A stretch of 64,000 bases of DNA from Octopus sinensis (Eukaryota): positions 22,940,001 to 23,004,000 of the forward strand of contig NC_043001.1 in the NCBI RefSeq assembly GCF_006345805.1, written 5' to 3'. The translations under genes were made by a program, and so were the position numbers. Of this stretch, positions 52,321 to 64,000 are shown in pieces. Numbering within the stretch: position 1 is the stretch's first letter; the number at the start of each line of letters is the position of its first letter. The notes under the pieces were generated by a model, which was not told the origin of the DNA, did no database searches, and was given only the letters and a program-made list of their open reading frames with translations.

Positions 52321-53899
52321 TATACCTTGTCCTGTTTTCTTTGCTATGACTGTCAAACAATGTCTACGACTCTGACATTGTCAGTATATTCTCTTAATTT
52401 GAAATAAATGTAACACTGCGATAGCTACATATTTAGGATACACGCACCACTTAACCTTTTTCTGTCGGCTTTCCTTTGTCTTCTACAATCTCTTCCTTGA
52501 AGAAAGCATATCAATGAACATTTTGCAGTATGAGCCAATGAAACAAAAAATTTTAAATAGCTTAAACCGGTATTTCTCAAATAGCAAAATTTCCATCACC
52601 TCCCTCTATAATAATGAGAAGGCCAAAAAATTTGCACCCACATAATTCATCTTTCTTAACTATAATGTCGGATAGGTTTAAAAAGCTTGAATCTGTCTTA
52701 ATTTTATCAAACATGACAATTTTCCATCACCTTTTCAATCCTCACAGCCACCATACAAAGGGTTTGCCTTATTCTTTTATTAGAAACACCGGATTAGGCT
52801 GCGAAGGAACAGCACACATGACGCTTTTCAGAGCGCCCGAGACTGATAGGTACAAAAAAATATTTTGGTCTGAACCCTGATCAAAAGTAGATACTCTTAA
52901 GAGAACCCAGAGCAGTGACGTAGCGTGGGTTGCCAAGCAAGGAGGGCTCAATCTCTTTTATTCTTTTATTATTGCTACGTTATTCTTTTTTCATTTGAAA
53001 GTTTACAGACGTAAGAATTTTGTGCCTGGGTAACTGCACCTGGAGCTCTTCCCTCTCCCCACAAAAGAACAGTCCCTCTGGTGGTCTCCTGCAGAGTTTC
53101 CGTCATCCGAATTTCATTGACGATGTTTTGGTCGACCCAAGGTCGTGGTAGAAGATTCATGCCGATGATGCAGTGCAGAGAATAGAACTCGAAATCATCG
53201 ATACTGTTGCAAATGAGCTTCTTAGCCATTCTACCAACTCTGCTTGTTTGATCTGCCAGAAATAACAATTAAATCTATCTCAAACGAAACAGGACAGTCT
53301 TAAGGGTGGAAGAACATCTTGAATTGTGTAGTCCTTAAGACTGAAGAAAAGACAGAGTGGTCATGGCCGTAACGCTTTTGATCGTACATGTTCGACAAGA
53401 GTGTTAAGGTAACTGCCATGTCGAAGGACACACCATTAAGTGCAACAAATGTCCAAACATCGAGCCCGCTAAAAATTCCGTATTTTCAACAGTGAATTCC
53501 ATGTAGCGCTCCGAACCCCTGTGTGTGCGCGTGTGTGGAAGGAGTAGATTATTTGGGGGACATAGCTGAAACATAACATGGTAAAATAAGAGCTGGCATA
53601 CATAATGTAGTGGGCTAAGAATATTGTAGGTAGTGAATCTGATCGTTGTACAAAGGCTATTTGATTTTCTGACGTTTTTGTATAAAACCTTTCTTTTTGT
53701 GATGTTAATTATTATTGACTTAACCAAGTCCATTAGAAAGTTCCAGTCTTGTAATATTATTATTACTACATCGAAACATTTTATGCCCCATGCCTTCCTT
53801 GTCTTCGACTACGATTTGTAATTTCATTTTGCTTTTTATCGAAAAAGTCTTGCGGAATTTCCCTTGGATAGTATGTTTGTCCAACGTAGCTTTGAGGCA

Positions 53900-54433
53900 C
53901 AAGGCCCGAAATTTTGGGGGAGGAGGCCGGCCAGTCGATTAGATCGACTCCAATGCGCAACTGGTATTTAATTTATCAACCCCGAAAGGATGAAAGTCGA
54001 CCTCGGCGGAATTTGAACTCAGAACGTAAAAACAGACGAAATACCTATTTCTTTACTACCCACAAGGGGCTAAACAGAGGGAACAGACAAACAAACGGAT
54101 TAAGTCGATTACATCGACCCCGGTGCGTAACTGGTACTTAATTTATCGACCCCGAAAGGATGAAAGGCAAAGTCAACCTCGGCGGAATTTGAACCCAGAA
54201 CGTAAAGCCAGACGAAATACCTGTTTCTTTATTGCCCACAAGGGGCTACACACAGAGGAGACAAACAAGGACAGACAAGCGGATTAAGTTGATTACATCG
54301 ACTCCAGTGCGTAACTGGTACTTAATTTATCGACCCCGAAAGGATGAAAGGCAAAGTCAACCGCGGCGGAATTTGAACTCAGAACGTAGCGGCAGACGAA
54401 ATACGGCTACGCATTTCGCCCGGCATGCTAACG
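53900..54433 (-). mobile_element. SINE family B trimer
   Basis: Junction complements GACGAAATAC|CTATTTCTTT (~54040) and GACGAAATAC|CTGTTTCTTT (~54220). The terminal unit has tail-2. Confidence 0.9.
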
Positions 54434-55492
54434 GATCTGTCAGCTCGCCGCCTTTGAGATTGATAATGTTGGCTAACAAAACAACTATACGCTATCACTC
54501 ACAACAATGAGCAAACTCTTTTCATGGTATCGATTAACAATTAGGTAAACTGAGACTGAGAGAGTGAAGTATCATTGCTAGTGACAAAACATAACATTTG
54601 TCTCAAGATAAAAAAATGTTAGCTGGCTATATTGTTTATGATTAGACGACAGAGCTCTACTATCGTTAACTAGTCGAGTAAGTGTTAACATATTTAGTGC
54701 ACGGAGTATTTAAAAAGCTAGAAAGAAGTAATTATGTAATAAGAAAGATAGAAACGATATTAATCAATGACTAATACTAATGTAATTATTCCGGTAAATT
54801 CCAGGCATATTTCGGTATTATTTTGGCTACATCAATAAAGCACTGCCTTTATGCTTTACTGAACAGGTCAAAATAGTGATGGACGAACGTAGTGAGAGAA
54901 GAATTACGAGATGAATGTACAGATTTGTACACTAATTGGCGTAAAAAAAGAGAGAGGATTGTTTAGAAAAATGCTTCCGAACTGTTTATCATTGACTGCA
55001 GCTATCAATAGTTATCTCAACAACTTCGTAGATAAGAAAGAAAGGCCAGCAGTGTTAAGTTACAACAACAGACAGATGCCAGAATTCCCCATTGCATTTC
55101 ACTTAGCTAAAATCAAAATAACATATCTTAAAGCCATGCCGCGCTTTTCTAAATGAAACTTTAAATACTGATAAATATTTACTATGAAAGTCTTGTCATA
55201 AATAACTGGTTAAAATGTAAACCTAAACAATCTAAGTGTACACTCGGTGCAGGTATGATTTTATGATTGAGAAATTCTCTTCGTAATCACATGGTTCCGA
55301 GTTCGATTCCACTGCGCGTCTCTTTAGCAAAGTGTCTTCTAGATATTGGCGCGACTCCTTGGCAAAGTGTCTTCATGAAACTGATTAATCAATATTTTGT
55401 GAGTGAAAGCTGGTAAGTGGAAACTGCAAAGAATCCTGCAGTATATATGCTTATATGTGTGCTTATATCCAAGTCTGTACTTAAATTTACAC

Positions 55493-55660
55493 CAGCAGCA
55501 TAACTGGAGGGGGAAACGAGGGATGGTCGGCCCCGAGCGACGCTTTTATGGGGTCGCCTTGGTGCCTGCAGTATAAGCCTGTACAGGCTTGTAGGAGCTC
55601 AGGTGGGGTCAAGCAAACTCGAAGGTTGTCTCGGGCGGTACACACTCTTGCTAAATTCTG
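55493..55660. mobile_element. Possible decayed hAT-type MITE with a central 16-bp palindrome
   Basis: GC-rich CGGCCCCGAGCGAC and TCGGGCGGTACACAC subterminal motifs. AAGCCTGTACAGGCTT at 55575-55590. Confidence 0.35.
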
Positions 55661-55711
55661 CTTTATACTATTCTAAAAGCAGAGGATTCTGTTTGTGCTG
55701 TATGCCGCTTT

Positions 55712-56402
55712 ATTCTCTTTTACTTGTTTCAGTCATTTGACCGTAGCCATGCTGGAGCACGGCCTTTAGTCGAGCAAATCGACCCCAGGACTTATTCTTT
55801 GTAAGCCTAGTACTTATTCTATCGGTCTCTTTTGCCGAACCGCTAAGTTACGGGGACGTAAACACTCCAGCATCGGTTGTCAAGCGATGTTAGGGGAACA
55901 AACACACACACACATATATATATATAAACATATATATGACGGGCTTCTTTCAGTTTCCGTCTACCAAATCCACTCACAAGGCTTTGGTCGACCCGAAGCT
56001 ATAGTAGAAGATACTTGCCCAAGGTGCCACGCAATGGAACTGAACCTGGAACCATGTGGTTGATAAACAAGCTACTTACCACACAGCCACTCCTACGCCT
56101 TTATGTACAGTAACTTAGCAGTTCGACAAATAGTGTTCGATAAAATAAGTACCAGGCTGGCATAGGTAATAGGGTCAATATGATCAACTGAAATAAGTGA
56201 AGTCAGTATGATCCATGAAGGCATGGTTACACTCCAATGACTGAGAGTACCAGTTAAACACTGGGGTCAATGTAATCGACTAGCCCCCTCGCCCAAATTT
56301 CAGGCCTTGTGCCTATAATAGAAAGGATAGGCGGCGAGCTGGCAGAGTCGTTACCGTGCCGGAAAAGTGCAATTATTTGAAGCCATTATTATTACTAATA
56401 AA
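55712..56402 (-). mobile_element. Composite unit (SINE-A plus mosaic flank), copy 2
   Basis: Reverse complement of 36844-37521. Confidence 0.9.
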
Positions 56403-57459
56403 ATACATCACGCCTTCCGACATTTCCCCAGTTGTAACTTTCCTGTCATTTTTCAAGTTTAGTGTACCTTGGATTACATTATCAAAATGTTCTTCCTTTC
56501 TTAAGACAGTGGGGAGCGATTTTAAAAGAGATTTGACTATTATTTCTAGCAGGCCGAGCGACAACGTGGAGGCTCCCTGGTTAGCCTGCAAAATACAGGT
56601 TGCTTACAGCAGTTAGACTATGTCACTGGGAGTTAAATTCCTCGAACACAGCACAAAACTAGTGTCAATAACAACATTTATCTCCTGGGCAGGGCCAACT
56701 GTGTGTTTGCGTAAATAAATAATTAAATAAACAAACAAATAAACACATACATTGAGAAAGAGAGAGAGAGAGAGAGAGTGAGAGAAAGAGAGAGAAGAGT
56801 TGAGAAACCACAAGACTAATCAGTATCAAGTGTTTTATCTTATGACACGAGCCACGAATGGGAGGTCAGGTTTCTTGTTTTCTCAACAATCATGTTATAA
56901 CCATATAAGAATAATACATTTTATTTTTATAGGAACGAAGTTTGTGCATTTGATAGAAGATCAGATATTATATCACGCTCATAACTTATTCAGAGCAATT
57001 AAAACAGGAAAGTGTATTCAGTAATGTTAAGTACATTATATAATGATGGATCGCAGGTGGAAGAAGGGGTTGAAGGAGAAAATTGCACCGAATTTTGATG
57101 AAGATAATGCACAGAAGTAAACACTGTTACTAACACGATATAAAAACAGGAAGAAGGTTGATTGTTGGCCAGTGGTTGTATGATGTTGATGCTTTCATTT
57201 TTGGCAGCCTATACCAGCGAACCGATCTTCACGAAACTTTGCATACATGTTAAACTAACATCCAATTCAATTATAGGATAATTAAATTTCAATAAAAATC
57301 GATAATGCCCCCCCCCCCTACGGGGTTCAGGTTATTATATGATAAAATGAGAAGGGTACTAAGAGTATTAGGTTGAGAGAAATGTGGTGGTATAATGAGG
57401 GTGGCTGATATCAGGGAAGGGGAAGAAACAGGAAGAGATAGAGAGACAGGGAATGTGAG

Positions 57460-57490
<31 letters not shown>

Positions 57491-60288
57491 ACGAGAGACA
57501 ATGGTAAAGCGGGGGAGAGAGAGAATGTGTTTACTGAAGGGAACAGCGAATTTTAATAATTTGTTTTTTAATTTTTACCTATCACTTAATGCACATGCTT
57601 TAGTGAATTAACTATCGTGCGTTCGGTCAAAAGTTTTACAATATGTCCAACAACAGATGTAAAACTAACCAGCGAAAGGCAAAGTGCTTTTATATTTGCT
57701 TTCAAATCACTGTCTTACGATTTATTAAAACTTTACCCACGTACTGAGACAATTAAACTATAGATAATGTCTTTAATTTTCTTCCATAGATGAATAGCCC
57801 GTCGTTGTCGGGCAGTTTTTACAATAGAATGCCTTATATAAATTTTTGTTTATGCCATGTCAGTCCATGCCTTCCCCGACAGATAGGCCACTTGATCAGC
57901 GCAGATCTGTGCAATTTTTCTTAAAAAATGTTCCTTGACGATCTTTTTCCTTTTTAAATTACTTACAAGTTTGTTCGACCGTTTTACATGACTTTATTCA
58001 TTAAAACTTATTGAAACTTCAGAAGTTCTTATAACTTTGGTCGTCGTAATACTTTGCTTTCGTTTGTTCAATAAAAATTCCTCCTCGTAATGATTTTGCT
58101 TTCATTTTGTGATAGACAGCTATCATGCAGAAAATGCCAGCTTCCAAATCTTGTTTTCTGATTAGGTAAAATTGATTAAACTTGAAACCACAATCTCACG
58201 ATTGTGAGTGTGACACCTTAACCACTAGGTCATGCGCCCTCACACACACACGCGCGTGCGCGCACGCACACACATGTGTGTGTAATGAAACTATTTTTTT
58301 TACAATATGCCTTCAAAACTTGGTAACAGATAAATGCTTGGATTTTATGTCTAAACCAGTCATGGACCAAATAGGCTCGCGGGACTTTCTGAGGGGCATG
58401 ACTAACGAACAATTACCTTCAATTTATTTCCCCGTGGTACAGCCTGCCTGATGATGATCCGTGCATCTCGAGGCCCGTTTCTTGAAAAAGGTTGCTCAAT
58501 TCTGATCTAAACTAATGCTCTTATCTACAAAGCTATTGACGAATGTGCAATGTCAAGTACAAATGATCACAATCAACAATAAGCAACATAAAAGAATCAA
58601 TTAGACTCTTAGTAACAATGCAGGCTTACCCTGATCACAAATCTCAAATAATCTTACAATTCAACATTTGAGAAATCTAAGTAAAGCAAACCACGCTAGG
58701 TAGTTACGGGTTCTCGAATGGAAATATGTCACCCAGGTGATAAAACACCAGTAAAATTGGTCGTCAACTTTAATAAAAGTTTAAAGAGTGATTGTTGAGC
58801 AAAGGGCTACGGTTCACTACTGCCACCAGTAGGGTTCCTTTGTTAAACATCATAGTCTCATTCGACGGGTCCACTAAAGTACTTGAAAAAGCAGAAGAAC
58901 TATAGTTAGATAATACTGAAGGCCACATCTGTAAAATCGAATCTAAAAAGATAACCACACCATCAAGATCCTACAATTGGTTAACTGTTAATAACTGGTA
59001 AATACTGGTAATACAGAATACACTGATAAACTGAAACGTCTTGTTATTGGGATTAACTGCAAGAAGTTAAGACAAAGGCCCCGCTGCATTGACGGCAACT
59101 ATCTTAATCAGACAGGCGTGCCTTCTCGTATAATTTGTATTTTCAGATCAAATCCCGCTCGAGTTGATGTAACTGAAATCAAATATTGAACGATTCAATC
59201 GTCATTATCCTCCCCAACACCCATCGAAAAATAATTACTTAGCCCTTTGTCTATGTTAAAATCTACAGAACAAATAATAATAGTTAAGTTACTTTGCGTT
59301 TAGAATACAAGTTCCCCTCGGTTGAACTTAGACTCTTATTCTTCTGAGCTTCCATAAAATGAATACTAGTTAAGTACTGCGGCTGGGGGTCGAAATAACT
59401 CATTACAACCTTCTCAAAAACCTGTGATCTTCTGCCAGTGTTAGAAATACTTATTTCCAGTTAACTATGATCGCAGGATGTGCATACCTGTAAATTTGTG
59501 AGCGAAGGTGTTTTAACTGAAGCGTGCAGTTGCGCTGCGACACTGGATTTTTAACTGATGAGCGTAACTCTTTGAAGATGTTTTCTTTTAAGATCAAACA
59601 TAGTGGCATGTTTATTCCAACACAACATGTTAATTTATGCATTGTTTCTTTTTAATACATTACATATAATCTGGCGGAAATTATTATTTCTGCTTGCTAA
59701 ATGCATATAAATACTTTCAGTTGTCCACCTTTTATCGACAAGCAGCGATATCATTTGACATACACTTAATAGCATATGTCTTGCTGCTAATACTTGCTTA
59801 CTTTAAATTTGATGCTTGTTTTGTTGTTTACGCTAACAGCTGGTTGTATGAGGTATTCTATGTCCCGACTGGCAAGAGAGTCTGACATTATACTGTTCAG
59901 AGTCAACTGACAAAACAACGAAGTCGTTTGTTTGTTTTGTTGTAAGCTGCCAGTTCTAGTTACAGCTTTGCTTTTTAACTTCTGCTCTCTGTCAATATGG
60001 CATCGTAAGCGTGTTCTCAAGATGTGCTTCATGTTGCAGACAGATAGATAATTATAAATAGATGCTGCAAACATCGTGCTCATTCTCCGTATACCACATC
60101 TTATCATGAACGTAATTCGTGCGAAGGTGTTTCAATATCTGCTTTCTATTATGCATGACCTTACAGCGTCTTTAATTTTTCTTTTAATGAATTGCAGAAT
60201 AAAGATGGTTTGATTATTTTATAATCAGAAAACTAGTAAATATATTTACAATTTTTCGATAACGTGACTACACGGTGTGACTACAAAG

Positions 60289-60683
60289 GTGCAGGAGTGG
60301 CTGTGTGGTAAGTAGCTTGCTAACCAACCACATGGTTCCGGGTTCAGTCCCACTGTGTGACACCTTGGGCAAGTGTCTTCTACTATAGCCTCGGGCCGAC
60401 CAAAGCCTTGTGAGTGGATTTTAGAAGACGGAAACTGAAAGAAGCCCGTCGTATATGTATATATATATGTATGTATGTGTGTCTGTTTGTCCCCCCAACA
60501 TCGCTTGACAACCGATGCTGGTGTGTTTACGTCCCCGTAACTTAGCGGTTCGGCAAAAGAGACCGATATAATAAGTACTAGGCTTCCAAAGAAAAAGCTC
60601 AGGGGTCGATTTGCTCGACTAAAGGCGGTGCTCCAGCATGGCCACAGTCAAATGACTGAAACAAGTAAAAGAGTAAAAGAGTA
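60289..60683 (+). mobile_element. SINE family A, full length
   Basis: Close to consensus, tail AAGTAAAAGAGTAAAAGAG. Confidence 0.92.
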
Positions 60684-61689
60684 ATAAGTTGATTTGATTG
60701 CGACAAATCCAAGCTTTAATTTTGGCGTCAAGATATTTTACGCAAAATATGGTGAAATATTGCCAAAATAGTAATGAACGTGTGTGTGTGTGTGTGTGTG
60801 TGTGTAGTTGAGTCTGCAATAAACACGTATGTATGAAATATACATACAAGTGGGATTCATGATCCTGTTAACGCATGTTTTCAATGAAAACAAGCAAGAA
60901 AGTAAATGTAATACTGTTTTCTTTGTAGAAAGTTCTGTACTGTTCTGTTAATGCAATGGATGTCAAAGGATGTAAAACTGTGAGAGCTACTTGACTACAA
61001 AGACTACGGACTGTAAGATGGTGCACCTTTTGACTGTAAAAGCTGCTGGCTGCAAAGGACTTTGTTGCTGTTGTTCCGCTGCAGAGCTGTGCGAGTTGTC
61101 TGGCTAATGGAAAATAGTCTCTGGTACTATTGTTGCTGTACCAGTTGTTGTCGCCTTCTATAATTAGGCGTGCCAGTTAACATAACATCACGCTAATCGC
61201 TGATTGACTGAGGAGAGTTAACTCAAATTAATGGGACTAGAGTTCATTCCTCTGGCACACTACTAATATAATTTTTATTCATGTTTTAGGAGAGATTCTC
61301 GACAAATTCCTTTAAATTTGAAATACATTTTAACTGTTAATAATTATAACTTAAGGCTCAAGATCACTAGGAGCTTCGTAGCAGGATATATAATCATGTT
61401 TATAATGTATTAAATTACATGACGATAATTGACAAAGAAATAAATTACACATCGGCATTTCTTTAGCATTTCTTTAGACGAAATGAATGCCCATTCATTA
61501 GAAAACCTTGACTAATTTGCTAAGGAAGCGAATCATCACCACATTAATTGGTTAATTTGAACTGGACAACATGCAGGATCTTAAGGGCTCATAAAAGATA
61601 TCTCTGACCTACCTGTGAGATTACACTAAGCGACAAGTACTAATGAGAATTTTGTCTGTCTGTCTGTCTCTCTGTCTCTTTAACCTACG

Positions 61690-62530
61690 TTCTATCAAAT
61701 CTGGTGTGTCTCAAGATTCAGTTTTGTCTCGTATACATGCTATATACACTCTTCCTATACAAGCTACTCGTCGTCATCTCCAACCACGCCCACTCCCATG
61801 CAGATAATCTCGCCCTTCACGCTTAACTAACCTTCAATACTCAAGCGTCATCAACATACAAACTAGATATTCCCGCTAAACTTGAACTGCGTTCATGAAA
61901 AGAGATCTCGAAAAACTTTCTCCATTTGGATTCAATCTTGACTTCTTCAAAAGTAGGAATACATTCTCACTGCACAGATCATTAAAAAAGGTGGGGTTGA
62001 ATTCATCCTAAACAGGAACAATATTCAATTAGAACTCTTAAAATGGCCCTCACCATAACGGATAGTCATTTCTTGTGATTTCCTTTAAAATTAATGATTA
62101 CTACTAATTAACTCGAAATCTAAGAAAGACTTAACGATTTAGTTGATTGACCCTCTTCTCAAAATTAACCCTATACATAGCTGAAGTGAGACCCACAGCA
62201 AAACTCACGATAAGAAATCTGTGGCGAAGTATGTGAAGAGAATATTCCAAAACAATTCATTTCCTGTTGATTGTATAATCGGCTAATTACACATTAAAAG
62301 TCACTCAGTCTCTGACACTCTTCATTTTCATTCTATTAATTAAATCTCCATCCATGACTACTCACATGTCTTAAGGGTTTTTTCTTTCTTTTCAATTACT
62401 GGATCTTCCAGCTACACCAAATTTTATGCATTCCACATTTTCCACTCACTCCATGTCAACATTGATATATTTCCTGCCATGTAACTATTTCTTCTGTATT
62501 TCCAATATCCTCTAGAATATAGTTACATTT
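61690..62530 (+). mobile_element. Decayed CR1-like LINE RT to 3' fragment
   Basis: IKSGVSQDSVLS (GVPQGSVL motif), SNHAHSHADNLALH (YADD motif) and KRDLEKLS, then a CT-rich decayed 3' region. Confidence 0.55.
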
Positions 62531-64000
62531 AAAGAATACTAATTTAAAAACAAATTACTTTTGAACAACTCCCAAATACTATACCTAACTCTCTTTTCTT
62601 ATAACCGGAACCGACTGTCAACCTGATCCCACTAGCGTAATTGTCCTCATATCTAAAATAATGTATCTTGCTGACTCAAAATTCCGTTTTCGAGTTTCAC
62701 TGATCGTCAAACTGTATCCTATCAGCATCCTACTTACATTTTGTTACTTCCTCTCAATACTTTAAACTTACAAACATTTTTGCCAATAGTATTCTATCTA
62801 TATTCCATTATTGGCTGTGGTATCGAAACACCTACATCGATACATTAAAACAGCTACAACAGGAACATCATGCAGTTGATTGATTGAACCATTGGTATGT
62901 CAGACAAATATATGTAGTATTTAGTCACGGTCCTTTAGGTTCTGATTTCAACGCCCGCCGAGGTCAACTTTGCCTTTCGTCCTTCCTGAATTGATTGAAA
63001 TTAAGTACAAGTCAAGTACTGAGATTGAACGCGTCCTAGATGTGAAAGGAATTATAATACAATGTATTTCGTTTGAAGAATGTTGAGTAAATTAGGATCA
63101 TTTTCAACAGCACTCATCATAAATGTCATCGATGTGGATAACAAATGACTATCGACTACAACCTTGCGAGGTCGATAAGATAAAGTCGTTGTCACGTTGG
63201 AGGCTGATTTAACTCTCTCAGACCTGGGCCCCTGTATCTAACTTTACCTTCTACCTGGGCTCCTGAGCAAAAAATAAATAAATAGTTGCATATACAGCTC
63301 AAGGGTGACGATTGCAGGCAAAAAAAATCACCTGTATCTTCTTTTCCTACGTTTGTTGTTCATTACCACTTTACTGGGAATCCAGGAGAGATGACGTTTA
63401 ACCTATTCCCGTTATTGCGGAAATATGGCGTGGCAGGGTTTATATTTTTGTAAAGCACCATAAATGTGAATAGGTTTATAAAAGAAGAAGGGCATTTCTT
63501 TTTATGGATGTCTAATCTTCATCTTCAAATTTAATATTAACTATTTTAATGCCATACATAGTTTCCCAGCCTGACACTCCAAACAGGCCTAAACTGTCTA
63601 TGAGTAAAATACTTTCTCTTCTGATCACTAAAGAACTTCTGACAATAAGCAGAGTACCGAGAGAATAAAAATGTACTCATGACAAAAAATATGATAGAAA
63701 GAATATGAAAAAAAAAGGGCAAAAAAACGCACCTTACAGTAAATTGTTACGCCCAGTAAAAGTATGTTTATTTACATTGATAAAATATACTAGAACAATT
63801 TTGACGTTGGCATCTCTAGAATGTTATAAAGAAAAGAAACGGTGGAAAGAAAAGAAGAAAAAATTGCAAGAAAAATATAACAGAGAAGATAAATAGAGAT
63901 GTATATCAGGATTTTGGAAGTAAATCATTGTAATTAACTAAGGAAACACAGACTGCATATTGAATGTATGTGTTTATAACTATATCTTGTGTATACATTC

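Noticed and set aside
59944-59966. miR-22-like AAGCTGCCAGTT
   Set aside because: Only 12 nt match and no pre-miRNA hairpin can be formed around it.
61019-61108. Short ORF MVHLLTVKAAGCKGLCCCCSAAELCELSG
   Set aside because: 29 aa with no family resemblance or coding evidence.

Overview
This is eukaryotic, AT-rich, repeat-saturated DNA with no confidently identifiable host protein-coding gene. The SINE families, LINE remnants and microsatellite load look like an octopus (coleoid cephalopod) genome. That is an inference from recalled repeat consensuses, not from a database search. The window is probably intronic or intergenic. It contains: (i) about 40 copies or fragments of four tRNA-derived SINE families, labelled A-D here; (ii) decayed LINE pieces of the R4/Dong, L1-Tx1, RTE and CR1/L2 clades, plus Penelope-like termini; (iii) mariner, Tc2/pogo, hAT and Helitron-type non-autonomous elements; (iv) a 2.1-kb (TAA)/(TGA) microsatellite, a 43-bp minisatellite of about 29 copies, a 928-bp tandem duplication and a 355-bp fold-back palindrome. 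Nearly all ORFs in the supplied track are microsatellite or antisense-repeat artefacts. The most notable observations are minimal hammerhead-ribozyme motifs in Penelope-like termini, a SINE 3' tail shared with a Tx1 LINE, SINE-B multimers joined at one recurring junction, a (TAA)n tract carrying two different Dong/R4 3' ends, and two cases of a SINE plus its 5' flank recurring about 20 kb apart. No previously undescribed protein-coding system could be supported. All protein-family calls are from manual translation and recalled motifs.
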